DNA of 62,105 nucleotides, the filler included, from Basidiobolus ranarum (taxonomy: Eukaryota): the NCBI GenBank assembly GCA_040143965.1. It is 15 parts of 15 records of this genome, joined end to end, with 100 filler letters (N's around TTAATTAATTAA, not from the genome) between each part and the next. Parts side by side here need not be neighbours in the genome. Positions count along the whole stretch, not along the records: positions 1 to 4,068 come from JASJQH010009009.1; positions 4,169 to 8,233 come from JASJQH010009010.1; positions 8,334 to 12,391 come from JASJQH010009011.1; positions 12,492 to 16,545 come from JASJQH010009012.1; 11 more parts are not named here. One strand, given 5' to 3'. Under the pieces are notes generated by a model, which saw nothing but the letters and a program-made list of their open reading frames with translations, was not told where the DNA came from and made no database searches. Below, piece by piece: positions 1 to 12,689 of the stretch (within the stretch, counting starts at the first letter, position 1; each line of letters begins with the position of its first letter). Made by a program: the position numbers and the translations under genes.

Positions 1-734
1 GTAGTAATAGTTGGATTCGACGCGATTGGGATATCCACCAACCCATTCAAAATCAATCTCGTCACCTTCCAAGTTACGGACCTATAATGTTAAAATCAAA
101 CCATTGTAAGTGATAAGTACTATTCGTATGTGACACTGAAGAACTTACGATAAATGAAGAGACTACACCAGGGCTGGTGGAGGCACTCTTGATCCTAGCA
201 CTGACTTTACCGAACTCAAACCATCTTGACAATAATGTAAGTACATTTCTAGAAGCAAAATCTCGAAGAAAAGGCTGCTTACCTAACTGCAGAAACGGTT
301 GCACCAAATCCTTGAGTTTTACCAAAAGTATTAGGTTTGGAGTCAAGAGGCATGAAGAGTACCAATTGACCGTTCTCTGCAACAACATTTGAGGGCTCGA
401 AGTCTGATGTCCATTCTGCGACTGCAGGGTCACCGGTGAAATTAACACCAGCAATCTTGGGACTATCGAATTCGTGGTTGGCATTGATGCATAATGCTCT
501 TGGGTAGCAACTCTGTGGAGTGAAACTATCTTGAGGACGACAGTTCAAAGGAGAGCAGAACAGAGCATTATTACTGCACCAGCCGTCTTTACAGCAAGGC
601 GCCTCTGCAGGACAGTTTCCTTTGTAATTTTCACAGATAGCAGTGATCTGAGTTGCGGTAGCAAGAAGTGCAACTGCCACAAAAAGTTTCTATTGTTAAA
701 AAAAGAAGCTGGATGAGTATACTTGAAATGACAT
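1..734 (-). CDS. GH16 Crh/Utr2-type cell-wall chitin transglycosylase with signal peptide and N-terminal hevein-like Cys-rich domain; spliced, 3' end truncated at window start
   Basis: ATG at 734 (MSFQ), intron 690-722, then KLFVAVALLATA (signal) and CPAEAPCCKDGWCSNNALFC (chitin-binding-like). Two more GT-AG introns give WFEFGKVSARIKSASTSPGVVSSFI and VRNLEGDEIDFEWVGG, the GH16 catalytic EIDxE motif. Confidence 0.9.
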
Positions 735-3567
735 TGTTATATTGATTGGATGGAGATGGAAAGCATGGGAGGAATTATTCACTGGACAAGTAATGCGAAC
801 CTTTAAAGACATATTGAAGTGGAGAATATTGTGAAGATTTCGAGGGACGTGTTGACTCTTTTAAGTATTTGAGAATGTTAGAAATAGTCAATATCAATCT
901 AAAACTAGCATGCTTCTCTAAACCAATATGGATCCTTCGTAGCACTAAAGAAATTGTTGGCACAGTTAGTGATCCTTGAGTTACTGTTTTGGAAGGCCAG
1001 TCGTCTATGGGCCATGGTAACAATGGTGAGTAACAAGTATTGTAATTTGATTTACCAATGGCAAGGAATAAGCTTCATTTCTTAATTAATGTAGAGTTTG
1101 TAAGTGCTCCCTTTAGGCTTGATCAAGATCTGAGAATTATCAGGTTAGGGGTATCTACGATGTGATGATTCATTTCCCAATCAGCCCTGGTAAACAATGT
1201 GGGTTGGAAAGAAGGAATTAAGCTGAGACATGGTGCATTGTGCTTGGTAGAACTTCGCTGTAGAAGGCTAATGTATCAGTGCCACCTACGCCGTAGAAAT
1301 CCCTTTAAACTTAAATATTAGAATGAGCGGCATACGGAGTGTATGAATCAAATCTATTTGACAGTCTAATTACCGCAGGAGTGACCTATATTAAATAGCC
1401 TCAATGCCTATTACCGACAAACCTGATATGAAGAAAGAGATATTCGTTGGAATTCGGTCGAAGCTTCCAAACGAAATTAAAAAATTCCCCTTTAGCTTAG
1501 CAGAGAACGTTTCCATAATGATTCTATGCAAGGATGTTGGTATTACTTCTGAGGCTTGGCCTACTTGATCCAAATATTAGGGGCTTCGCTTAAAATACCA
1601 ACGCCATACTATATTGGTGCTTGGGATTTACCTATTTTGAAATATTCGCATTTCTCCCAGAAATTAGTAGACATATTTGTTTCGCCAAGATGCGAATGGG
1701 CGCAATCATGGCATTGGATGATATTAGAATGGCAAATAGGTTTGCTTTCAGGTTGAGGATTTGTGGAGGTGCAGAAGGTAGGTGATGACTCAATTGAATT
1801 ACAATTATCCGCTGAGTTACCAAAATACTGACTTGCTTGGAGGCGATTATCACTTGGTTCAAGAACACCTTCCTGATCAGAAATCTGAAATGGATACAAC
1901 CTTATATGAAACCGTTTTGAAACCTAAATGTGGTACAGCAGACACAATGACTCTTCCACAAAGATTGTTTTTTAACGTCAAATTAGTGTTGCGCTTAAGG
2001 GTTAGACCCCCACTCTTATTTTGAGAATTTCACAGATTCGTTCGTGTTACTGGACAAATGGGTTGCTTGTGATTTGAAACTAGTACTTGAAAAAATAAAG
2101 TTTCGCTAGTAACTACGTCATTAGGTAGGCGAATTTTTTTCCAAAAGTCAAGGTATTCAAGGATAGCTTGCGAACGATGACTTGTTCCGGAATGCGGTGA
2201 ATTGGGTAATTTCTTCCTACCACAAGGGAGGTAGTAATGCCACTGATACACCAGGTGACAAGCTGGAATTTTTCATTGGAAACTGTGTGCAACCTGTGAA
2301 GTGATACTTGCCGCCGTGTTGTCACATCAATCTAAAAATAATATTCCATGTTTGAGGAGTATCCTCCATATGGATATCGCATCAAAAAAATCATCGCTCT
2401 CTTCCCGCCAATGGTGGATAATAGAATGCGTGGGAGGAGAGGTCATGGATATAATCAATCAGACTCGACTCAATTATAATGCGTTCTTTAGATACTGAAG
2501 TACATACACTAAGCTAGTTCAATCCTGTTCAAAGGAACTAATGCAACATGTTCAAACTAGTGAACGGTTAACGTGAAGCTAATGTACAGCCTGCTCACTA
2601 GTTTAATTGGAAATCAAGCATTCTCTAGCAACACAGTTGTTTACTTTATGATGAGATGTGATGTAATACGAGCATACGATACCAAAATATTAAATTTAAG
2701 GTTACACTAAGTCCTAAATGTTCATGCTATTTGTTATTGTTGAGTATTTCGGAAACATTCTGATATACACTCTCTCATTTTATCCCAATCCCTAGAAGAA
2801 TGCAACGCTTTACAGATGAACAAAGATAACAATCTTGCACTACATTGATACATATTCTTTGATGAAGCTTCATATTTTGAGTCTGCTGCTACACAAGAAA
2901 GTGGTTAAAATTTGAAAGCACAAATATATATTTAAGCTGGAGATGGGGATAAACAACATCAACCATGGCATATTTACGATCCCAAGACAGTTAGCGAGGT
3001 TGGTGGATTTTGCTTAAAGTACATGAAGTAGTTCGATTTTAGAAATATTCAATTGATAAGTATTGTCAAGTCAAATCTATAATGTATTTCAATAAAAGCA
3101 AGTAGATTCGCTATAAATTAGATAATGATACTCTTGTATTACTGGACACTTTGACTTATATATTGAATAAGGAGTAAATTTTCTGCTGTGTTGGATTCAC
3201 TCTTCAAATAGAACCTGAAAGACATATTGTATACGAACATGGATATCACAAGTCTCCACGGAAGTTGATTAACAGAAGTAGGAACAGGAATCACCATATA
3301 TATCATAACATATTCCTCACCTGAAGAATTATAGTGATTCATAGGGTCAGATCCATAATCTTGTTTGCGAGTGTGGTAAATCCTGAGTTTAGTTTTTTCC
3401 AGTATATTGCTTTTTACAAATATTGAAGACTGCACTTAGTAAAGGAGCTATATGAGCTCGGGAGATATTAGCATAAACATCTGAATTTGAGTACTTGGTT
3501 CTTGAATATCAGGAAGTACATGAGTAGAGCTCCTGCACTGTATCTGTTGATTAGTTTACATTGCTTA

Positions 3568-3908
3568 TATTGAAATCAACATAGCCTAAATATTAAGCTA
3601 TATATTACTATATGGCTTAATATTTAATTATTCCATATTTCCCAAAGATATTACTTACTATTCTCAAGTAGTATTTACTTAGAATATTCTTACCCCCAAG
3701 TTCTCAGATATATAGATTCTTCAAACTTGTCCTAGAATCCCAAACTTTGCACACATGTTTCTGGGACATTCCTTAACACATTCTACACATTTGTTTGTCT
3801 ACCTCTATACAAAACTATAAATGTCAACATTCTACTCAATAAATCAATAAGTGAAAACCACCAATTCTTTTAGTTCTTCAAACCACTTCCAACAAACTCC
3901 CAAGATAC
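3568..3908 (+). mobile_element. Copia family A LTR (degenerate, last few bases missing)
   Basis: Aligns by eye along its length to the complete LTR at 21325-21672 (e.g. aagttctcagatatatagattct, aaaactataaatgtcaac, gtgaaaaccaccaattc). Confidence 0.85.
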
Positions 3909-3957
3909 TGTTGAAGTATTTTCAGAATTGTTGCATGATGTAGGATCTGGCAATAAT

Positions 3958-4064
3958 TATTGGGAAAATATGGGCTGTTTGGAGGAACTTTAGAAAAGTG
4001 GAGTTGTGAATAGCTTTGTGAGATAATTATTTATTGTCCAGAAATAAAGCATTTATACTTTTTG
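3958..4064 (-). mobile_element. LTR-like repeat family C fragment
   Basis: Near-identical reverse complement of 33368-33473 (tataaatgc...aataaa...cagcccatattttcccaata). Confidence 0.65.
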
Positions 4065-4068
4065 GTGG

Positions 4069-4168
4069 NNNNNNNNNNNNNNNNNNNNNNNNNNNNNNNN
4101 NNNNNNNNNNNNTTAATTAATTAANNNNNNNNNNNNNNNNNNNNNNNNNNNNNNNNNNNNNNNNNNNN
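4069..4168. other. Artificial contig spacer (44N-TTAATTAATTAA-44N). Identical spacers at 8234-8333, 12392-12491, 16546-16645, 20698-20797, 24849-24948, 28994-29093, 33138-33237, 37281-37380, 41423-41522, 45563-45662, 49702-49801, 53839-53938, 57974-58073
   Basis: Identical 100-nt N-flanked linker with stops in all frames; contig lengths decrease monotonically. Confidence 0.99.
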
Positions 4169-4289
4169 TTATATAGATATAGAGATATTCCTATTTAGAA
4201 TATAGGGGCTATAGATATGTTGCTTTCTGTTTCTGATATATGTTTCATAACTAAAGTTAACTATGATGTTGAATAAAGAATCATCATCC

Positions 4290-4472
4290 AACAGTTTTGC
4301 ATTGTTTTCCTCTCCTACAACAGTGTCCCAAAGCCCTTTTTCTTGCAGCAGCATTTTCATTTTAATTTTCCAAAGTTGAAAATTGGTTCCATCCAATTTT
4401 TCAGAAGAGGGAAAAGTTCCATAAATTTGAGAAGTAGACATTACAAAGAGTGCAAGCTCAGGGCTCATAACC
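4290..4472 (-). mobile_element. Copia family A PBS (GGTTATGAGCCCTG, 4459-4472) and gag N-terminus
   Basis: MSPELALF...EKLDGTNFQLWKIKMKMLLQEKGLWDTVVGEE is a typical Copia gag start, directly after the LTR end. Confidence 0.9.
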
Positions 4473-4821
4473 TGTTAAAGTACTTGGGAGCCTGTTGGAA
4501 GTGGTTTGGAGAACTAGAGGAATTGGTGGTTTTCACTTATTGATTTATTGACTAGAAAGTTGACATTTATAGATTTGTCAAGATGTAAACAAACTAACAT
4601 GTAGAATGTGTTAAGGAAAGTCCCAGGAGCATGTGAGCAAAGTTTGGGGCTTCTAGCACAAGTGTGAAAAATCTATATATCTGAGAACTTGTAAGTTGGT
4701 AAAAAATATTCTAAGTAAATATCAAATGAGAATAATTGATAATATCTTAGGGAGTTATAAGATAACCAAGTACTAAGTTATATATGACTATATAGGTGCT
4801 TAGGCAATGCTAATTTCAACA
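4473..4821 (-). mobile_element. Copia family A 5' LTR (349 bp, TGTTGAAATT...TTTAACA)
   Basis: TG...CA termini, matches 21325-21672, followed by PBS and gag. Confidence 0.9.
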
Positions 4822-6853
4822 AGAATGACCAGTAAATATTTAGGTGTTTAAGATGAATATTTAGTAGTACACATATTAGCACAATGTTTTCCCATTTCAT
4901 TTTACATGAACCATCACCAATCTCAATTTCATAATATATGCATATCAATGCTACTAGAATATGGCCCAGAGAGAGTGCATTTGTGATAGATGGCTATATG
5001 TTAAGAAAATACGTACTCTTATATGTCTAGTGTATCTATAACTAGAGGTGACTACTTTAAGCAGGGGTCAGTAGTTATGCAGATAGGATGAAGATGGCAG
5101 AGTGCAAGATAGGACAAATAGAAATCAGCTAGGAATGAAGTACACCACAATCTATGATATTGAGTGTGTGGGTGATGATACTGATCGTGTGGGTGGATCG
5201 CATAAAGCATGTGTGAATAATGAGGTTGCGAATTATAATAGAAGAAAATTCATGTGGAAGATTAAAAAGTGAAGACAGTACTTTCATATTTGTATTCATA
5301 TTGCATAATAACCATGATTTTACTCATATTTAAGAGAAAGCTGGATAAATTAAGCTTGAAGCAACACTTTAGCACCAATATTGGTGTATTCTTTTACTAG
5401 AGACTAGTTTGCCACTGAAGAAAATATGTTGGAGTAAAAAGTCAGTGATTTCTATAGATAAAAGAAGTATGAAGTGTCCCCTACAAAAGAATTTCAGTTT
5501 GTCAACCCCTGATACACTCAAATGTACTCAAACTTGATTACACTCTGGCTAGCAAAACCGCAAGAGAAATTAACCATATTACACGAAGAAATATTCATAT
5601 TCAATATGTATGGCGTATGTAGAGTGATCAAGATGAAACAGTTGTCATTTTAGGAAATATATCAACTTTCGAACATGATTTTAAATACTGGAGTAGCTCT
5701 AAATCTACTGTAAATCTACTGATTGCTAATTAGTACTACAGTGCACGATCCTATAAAATCGAATATAATACAAGTGCCAGATATACAAATGAGATAACTG
5801 CAGGTAGTGCTTAGGAATCCTTTCAGCATTTATCTACAAGAATCTCGATAATTTACTCGCGCATTATCTTTCCATACTTAATCTCAAGTATCACCGATTT
5901 CTACAGAAACATATGTAGAAGGGTAGGTCAGTGCATAAGGGGAGTGAAATCTAGGCTGTGAAAATAGACGAATCACCTCCTGTACATATCATCGGACATT
6001 AGTTACACTAGATTCAACTCACTGCAGAATGACGTAAATGGATGGAGTGAATAATTCAAAAGACCATTTTGGGCAGTAGGATAGAGGAATATATATATCA
6101 TATTGTGTAAATCAATCGCGCACTGAGAAATGTACACCAAATTTGAATCCTTGACCAGTTCAAGAAGGTTCCAGGAAAATCCTTCGAATCACCAAACTGA
6201 ATCTCGTCATAATGATTCAATTTCCGGAATGTACAAACCCTTTGGCTGAATCATGTATCTCTTTCTTCTCTTTGCTGATCAAAATCCGGCAATCTTGGTT
6301 GTACAACAATTAAAATGGGAGGCAAATGCGGATACGGATGCAAATGCGGATCTGAATGGTACATCATATATGTACTTGAATCCATTATTATAGGTGGATT
6401 TGGGATTTAAAGTAGCTCATCAGTCTGACATCTCTTTATGCCCAAATTCCTAGTCAAAGAGCTGGGTATTTGACGGGTAAGTGAGACGCGTAATCATAGC
6501 AGAATTATGGTGTCTTTGGCATCTATGCGAATCATTGAAGTATCAAACATTCACCATTTATATCAATAGTGATGGCTAATATGAGACCAGTTATACATGC
6601 ATCAATAGAAGTCTGAACTGTCGTGCCTGCACTTATATTCAGAGAGATTGCAAAAACTAAAGAGAAGGAAACTCATACAAAATGAAACCATCGATGTTTG
6701 CTAGAAGAAATAAATGGTGTAGAACTACTTATTTACAGTACATTAATGATGATTGGGGAGGGGACTTTTTCAGTGCTAACTGTTATTACAAAACAAAATT
6801 GGTACGCTGCTTTACATCTGATCGACCAGCAATGGTTGTTGTTTATCGCATCA

Positions 6854-8233
6854 TTACTGCTGGGAAGTCGGAGGCATCGATGGTGGGGCTGTGGAGTGAA
6901 TAAACACCGGTTGTGATGGAAAAGGTGGCGTCGATCCACTAGCTACTGTGTAGTAATTTTGCGTTGGTATCGTTGTAGTCATCATATCTGAGCCTAAGGA
7001 GCTAGAGATACCAGAAGATGGATACCCAGTTGTATCTCCTTCACTGAATGAATGGGATTGGATCACTGGGGGTTCAAGCATATTGGAGGAGGCTTGCATT
7101 TGCTGCATCTGTAGGTTGTTTACGCCAAAAGGACCAGAGCCAATATCAATTCCACCAATGGCGGGAGGTAACAATCCCTCTCTCCCGATTGATTCGTGAG
7201 GTGGGTGGCTCTGCATCGAATTCATTTCTTCAGGCTTGAGGGTATCAAAAAATGAAGGCTCAGAAGGATACTTCATATCGTGTGGTATGTTAAAGTCATC
7301 TTGACGAAAGAAGGGCTGACTGTTGTAATATGGCATTTCATTCCCATTCGCGTAACTTGGTGAGTATAAATGGGCTGATCTGGAAATTTCGTGACTTTTG
7401 ATGTGTTTCCGAAGAGAGCGCGAATGATAGTATGCTTTTCCGCACCCTGGAACTGGACATATATAGGGCCGCACATTCGAGTGTGTTTTGACATGCGTCG
7501 ATAATGAATCAGGCCTAGAAAACTTTTTTCCGCAGTCTAAGAAGTATGTGATCAGTATATGAAAGAGCGAACAGCGATATTCGCTTCAATGCATTGCTTT
7601 TACCTGGAATTGGGCATTGAAATGGTCGCTCTCCAGTATGTGTTCTCATATGATTGTACATTTTGTGACGTTTTGTAAACGGCTTCTGGTTACGGGGGCA
7701 TTCTCGCCATTCACAGGTGTAGGAAGCCTTAATGATCATACAGAATTGTTTAGCACACAACATCGTTATTCGTCGATATGTATATTACTTACCTTTCCAC
7801 TTCCAATATGCTCCTGGCCAATGTGTGCTATTAAAACCTCTAAAACAACGAATGTTTTGTCGCATCCTTTCCAAAGACAGTCAAACTGTTCTTGGCTATT
7901 CGAATCATCCTTCATATCTGGTGAATCGGAGGGGGATTTCTTGGTTTTAGCAAGCTCATTCTCGACAAATTTCAATTTCTCGATCAACTCTTCACGAGTT
8001 AGGGTATCTAAAGATTTTTGGTTTTCCTTCAGTTTTTGAGTTTCCTCAGGTAAACTGCTTCTTCTGAGCCCAGTATCCCCATTGTGGGACTCTATAGACC
8101 TCGGGGACTCTTGCTCGTTAGGGAAAACATTCTGTGTTGTGTTATTAAACTGTCTTTTGGTTCCTTTGAACGCTGCGGAATGGTCAAATAGTTTATGCGA
8201 CCTTGATTCACTTTCCTCTTCATGCTTTAGGTG
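6854..8233 (-). CDS. Gli/Zic-like C2H2 zinc-finger transcription factor (4 fingers); 5' end truncated at contig edge
   Basis: Removing introns 7728-7792 and 7537-7603 gives FDCLWKGCDKTF..HIGQEH, YTCEWRECPRNQKPFTKRHKMYNHMRTHTGERPFQCPIPDCGKKFSRPDSLSTHVKTHSNVRPYICPVPGCGKAYYHSRSLRKHIKSH, then a low-complexity tail. Confidence 0.9.
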
Positions 8234-9876
8234 NNNNNNNNNNNNNNNNNNNNNNNNNNNNNNNNNNNNNNNNNNNNTTAATTAATTAANNNNNNNNNNN
8301 NNNNNNNNNNNNNNNNNNNNNNNNNNNNNNNNNCCATATATCTGACAGGTAGTCCTAAATTGGACAAGTGCTTAACCATGATGTAGTCATGATTGAAGCT
8401 GAAAATGATCTTGGCTGTGTAGAGCATCTATATCTCAACAAATAGTTTGTTTATTATGTCAGTTTACATTATTTTACATGAACTAAAAACCAGAGTAGGA
8501 AACAAAATATATAAGTTTTATCAGTTTGAGCTGTGAAATAATGGTTATGAACATGTTACTGACCATTTTACATAAACTCATAAGAAAACCTCAAATGGCC
8601 TGGAGAAGCAGTACACTGCAGAGGGGTACGAATATTTTTAGGGCTGTTCTGTTTACTAGTATTTTTATATGCTGCATCATGTGCGCATCTAAACAAAGCG
8701 TGATTGAAAAATGGGGTATCTATCTTATACTCCTCATATTCCTTGTGACTGGTACTTTTACATTGTATCTTGCAATAACGCCTTCGTGGGGTATGCTGTA
8801 ACGATATGTATGCCGAAAACTTGTAATATTCTTGAATGTGTTCAAGTAACAATATAGTGGTGAAAGTTTTGAGCATTAATGAGGCATTCAATCCCTTATC
8901 TATATGTATTTTTAGCGTAACATGCACACACAGTGATTCAGTATTAAACAGCAAACGATCCATATCCTTGTTAAGAGAATGAAGTTGTATAATAATAGTC
9001 TCATTGATCGGGAAATCGTAGTTCGTATAGATTAACAAACCAGATATCCGCTCATCCATGAAGTTTTTTGAAAGGATAGTAGTAGCTCTTTATTGGTGAG
9101 TGAAAGATTGAAACCGATAATTACTCGAAAAAAGATATGACTATTATTAGACTACTACTTATCGGTCAAGAGACAAGCTCATTTTGGATGTATGCATTCA
9201 GGTGTATGCATTATCAATTTATTCTTACATGTTATCTCACTTTTCAACAGTGGTATGCCCCCTTGGTAGTGCGGATATATTTAAGGTGATATTGGCGTAC
9301 AAACTGATAGCCATAGTCTATCTCCAGAACTATATACAGAATTCCTGAACATAGAAATTGATCTTCCTGTTCACATCGGGCGTTATAGGATTGATGTAGA
9401 TGTAGTCGACTATTCAGCTGATATAAATTCTAAAAACAAATTCAGTTTGTTAAGTTACTTTATCCATGCAAAGTCATTCAAATCCTAACCATATATGGAA
9501 TCTAACACTAACCAATAGCCGTGAGAAGATCTAAATATAGAGAAACACATATTAATAGATTCTGAACGGTGTGAGTATGAGAGTGAGAAGAAACACGACT
9601 AAAAAAAATGATCTACGAGTTGCAAGTAGTACTTTTCGTGGGATGAATGATGAAAGATGTATTGACAATGATGTCAGAGCATCCCTAACCCTGACTTTAC
9701 AACTAATGCGCATCCCTTCTACCATTAAACCAATCTCCGAGTAAATCTGAAAACTACGTCACCGAGATAATATCTAAAGTCCGCTCCATTCATTTCATCA
9801 CAAATGCAGCATTTCAATCGATTAGTAATACACATAAATATTTATTTGAGGTCGCTTAATAATATAGATATAAAAT

Positions 9877-10968
9877 CTATATACAAGTCTCTTCACCACA
9901 GCTATTATCAGAAGGATTAGGGTCACGATAAAATGGTGCACTATTTAAGCAACCAGCGAGATTGACCAACTTCCAGCCGCGCCCTTGAAGATATTCGATA
10001 GCACGCTGAGCAAGAGGTATGGTAGCGGGATAACTTCCAGGTCTAAAGTCAGCAGTTGTGTTCCACACATCATGATCCAAAGAGATAAATTTTCCTACTT
10101 TAGGGTCTGTAGAGCCAGTTTGACTTACATATTCTTGGAACATTTCATCGAGCTTATTCTTTGGATTCCAATCTACGGGATCTACATTCCAAGTGACCAC
10201 GGTATACCCCATACGTTTGAGAACTGACAATGAAGGCTTATCCGTATCACCATAAGGTGGTCTCATACAAGTGGGAACTTTTCCGAGAATTTTAGCCAGT
10301 GCATGATTTAACCGAGTCATTTCATAAACAATCTCTTCCTCATCGACGGTAATCAAGTCTGTATGAGCCCAAGTGTGAGAACAAATCTGATGACCGGAGT
10401 TATAAGCTCTTTGGACAACATCTGATAGCTGATAAATGCTAAGTATTGGGTTCTTGGTATCAGCATTCTTTTGGTTCAAACCGTTGACAAAGAATGTCAC
10501 TTTCACTTGCTTTTTGTCCAAGTAATCCAATAATCCCGAAGTAAGAACACTTGGTCCATCATCAAAGGTCACCGCGAATGTTCCTGGTACGGAACAACCA
10601 GTTACAACTGTGGCTTGAGTTTTATCATCACAACCACCAAAACTTTTCTGACAACCGGTACCACAATGATCTGAGGTATAACCACAAAAGCCCCATTTAC
10701 TACAGCATAATCCTGATCCACAAGTACCAATTTTGGCCCCACAAGCTTCGTCTAAATATTTGAAAGTGGTAACGATAGGACTGGTGGAAGGTTTGGATGA
10801 TTTGGAGGTACTGGAAGCTACCTTAGTGGACACAGTGCTGAGATGGACGGTTTTAGTGGAAATGATTGACCTTGAAGTAGTTAACGTCTGAGTACCACTG
10901 TACTGAGGTGCCCCACTAACAGATGAAGCAGTTAGTCCAAGGAGTAGTAAATGAATCACTGAATTCAT
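9877..10968 (-). CDS. Secreted chitin/polysaccharide deacetylase (CE4) with S/T-rich linker and CBM18 chitin-binding domain
   Basis: Intronless 363-aa ORF: signal peptide, CCSKWGFCG hevein motif, NodB motifs TFDDGP, HTWAH, RPPYG, DPVDW, LDHD. Confidence 0.95.
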   Translation of the reverse strand: MNSVIHLLLLGLTASSVSGAPQYSGTQTLTTSRSIISTKTVHLSTVSTKVASSTSKSSKPSTSPIVTTFKYLDEACGAKIGTCGSGLCCSKWGFCGYTSDHCGTGCQKSFGGCDDKTQATVVTGCSVPGTFAVTFDDGPSVLTSGLLDYLDKKQVKVTFFVNGLNQKNADTKNPILSIYQLSDVVQRAYNSGHQICSHTWAHTDLITVDEEEIVYEMTRLNHALAKILGKVPTCMRPPYGDTDKPSLSVLKRMGYTVVTWNVDPVDWNPKNKLDEMFQEYVSQTGSTDPKVGKFISLDHDVWNTTADFRPGSYPATIPLAQRAIEYLQGRGWKLVNLAGCLNSAPFYRDPNPSDNSCGEETCI

Positions 10969-12491
10969 GATGAACTTGGAAATATAAAAGAAACGTATGG
11001 TTAGTTTAACGGAGAGACTCGATTTATATAGAGAAGGAGAGGGATGGATTTACTTTAAGCGACCTGTATTGAGCTTTATCCTATGACTAAGTTACAAATT
11101 ATTATGCAACAAGGCAAAGCAATACTTGTATACACTTTTCACCATTGACATCTACTCAATATCTATTGGGGAAGGGAAGAATTTTGATTAGTGTGACAGT
11201 GATACTGCATGCAAATACCGCCAAATGTAAAAGCGACCATTTCAGCTCGTTACATTGTAGCTTATACAAGATAACACCACATCTCAAATAGTGTTCAACA
11301 TCGTAAGCATCAAAGCATTTCTACCATAAATGGCCGGATTGGTAAAGAAATATCACTGGCTAGTCTATAAATATAAAAGTCAACATCAATTATCCCTTTC
11401 CAAATATAGTAGCATGAACTTCGATAGGTTCCTTTGGTTAGCTATCATTTTCCTATTCAGTTGACTAAGTTAGGGAACAATCGTCTAGACAATGAAACTG
11501 GTTCGGGTGGGACGATTTAGTAAAGATTTCTTGCCATGAGGAGCATTGGGTTGATAAGGTCTGGCGAGGATATTTCCATAAACAAATAGGGAGTGAAATT
11601 GGCTATGCAATATCATCGGGATTGTATTGTAACTCAACGTGTGCAATGGAACTAGTATAACTTGCTTAGCTAAATTTAGTTAATAGCTATTCTTATATGC
11701 TAGTTAACCAAACAAATACTGTAGTAGAACGTTACCGTCTATTTTTATTGGTAATTCTCGAAAGACTTACTGGAATGAGTTCGCACGCTATGCATATAAT
11801 GTTCATAGTGTGTTGCATTGCTATGATGGTTCGAATCTCGGCAGAGATGGAATTTCGCATTTTGGCCTTGGTGGAATTATCTCATAAGAATTGTGGTTTT
11901 ATGAGCATATATACTGTTAGGAAATAAATCAACATTTGCCGGTGCTTTTTATGCAATACTCTAGTTCTAGGTAGATAAAAGGACCATAGTATGACCACTG
12001 TTAAAATGAGATGTCTTTGATTGGACACTTCTACTGAATTAGAGTAACATAGATAACATATTTTATTTTCTGATCATACTCCTCTACTTTAACCATTCCA
12101 TTTGTCTTTTGTAGTTGCATTCAATTGGAAACAAAGTGCTCCTACCTGGTCTATTTTCAATATATTTTATATACATTTGGCAGTAATTTGAAGAGATATG
12201 TTATTTTTTTTTGCTCAAGTGAATGATAACAAGAATTTATTCATCTATTGGAATAAAGAAAATCAATAACAGTGATATAGTGTTAGGGTATAAGGATGTC
12301 AGAGAAAAGCTGAAATCTTGACTTCAATATTCGTTAAATATGGATTAATTATATTAAACATGATGTGTGAATATTTAAGTATAATATTCAGNNNNNNNNN
12401 NNNNNNNNNNNNNNNNNNNNNNNNNNNNNNNNNNNTTAATTAATTAANNNNNNNNNNNNNNNNNNNNNNNNNNNNNNNNNNNNNNNNNNNN

Positions 12492-12683
12492 AAATAGAGA
12501 AATTGGTGGTTTTCACTTTTTCATTTTTTGAGTTGAAAGTTGACATTTATAGTTTTGTCAAGATGTAAGAGAGCTGATGTTTAGAATGTGCTTAGGAAGG
12601 TCCCAGAAACATGTGTGCTAAGTTTGGAGCTTCTAGCACAAGCTTGAAAAATCTGTATATCTGAGAACTTCTAAGTAAATTCC
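12492..12683 (-). mobile_element. Copia family A LTR fragment
   Basis: Matches 4515-4720 (gaaattggtggttttcactt...ctgagaactt); truncated against the Fanzor remnant. Confidence 0.85.
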
Positions 12684-12689
12684 CAAAAC

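Noticed and set aside
1391-3435. Cluster of 60-98-aa ORFs
   Set aside because: No assignable homology by eye; likely noise or heavily decayed pseudogene pieces.
8568-9059. 163-aa ORF
   Set aside because: No recognisable motif or splice support.
1-10968. Apparent chitin-remodelling cluster (GH16 plus chitin deacetylase)
   Set aside because: The genes lie on different contigs.
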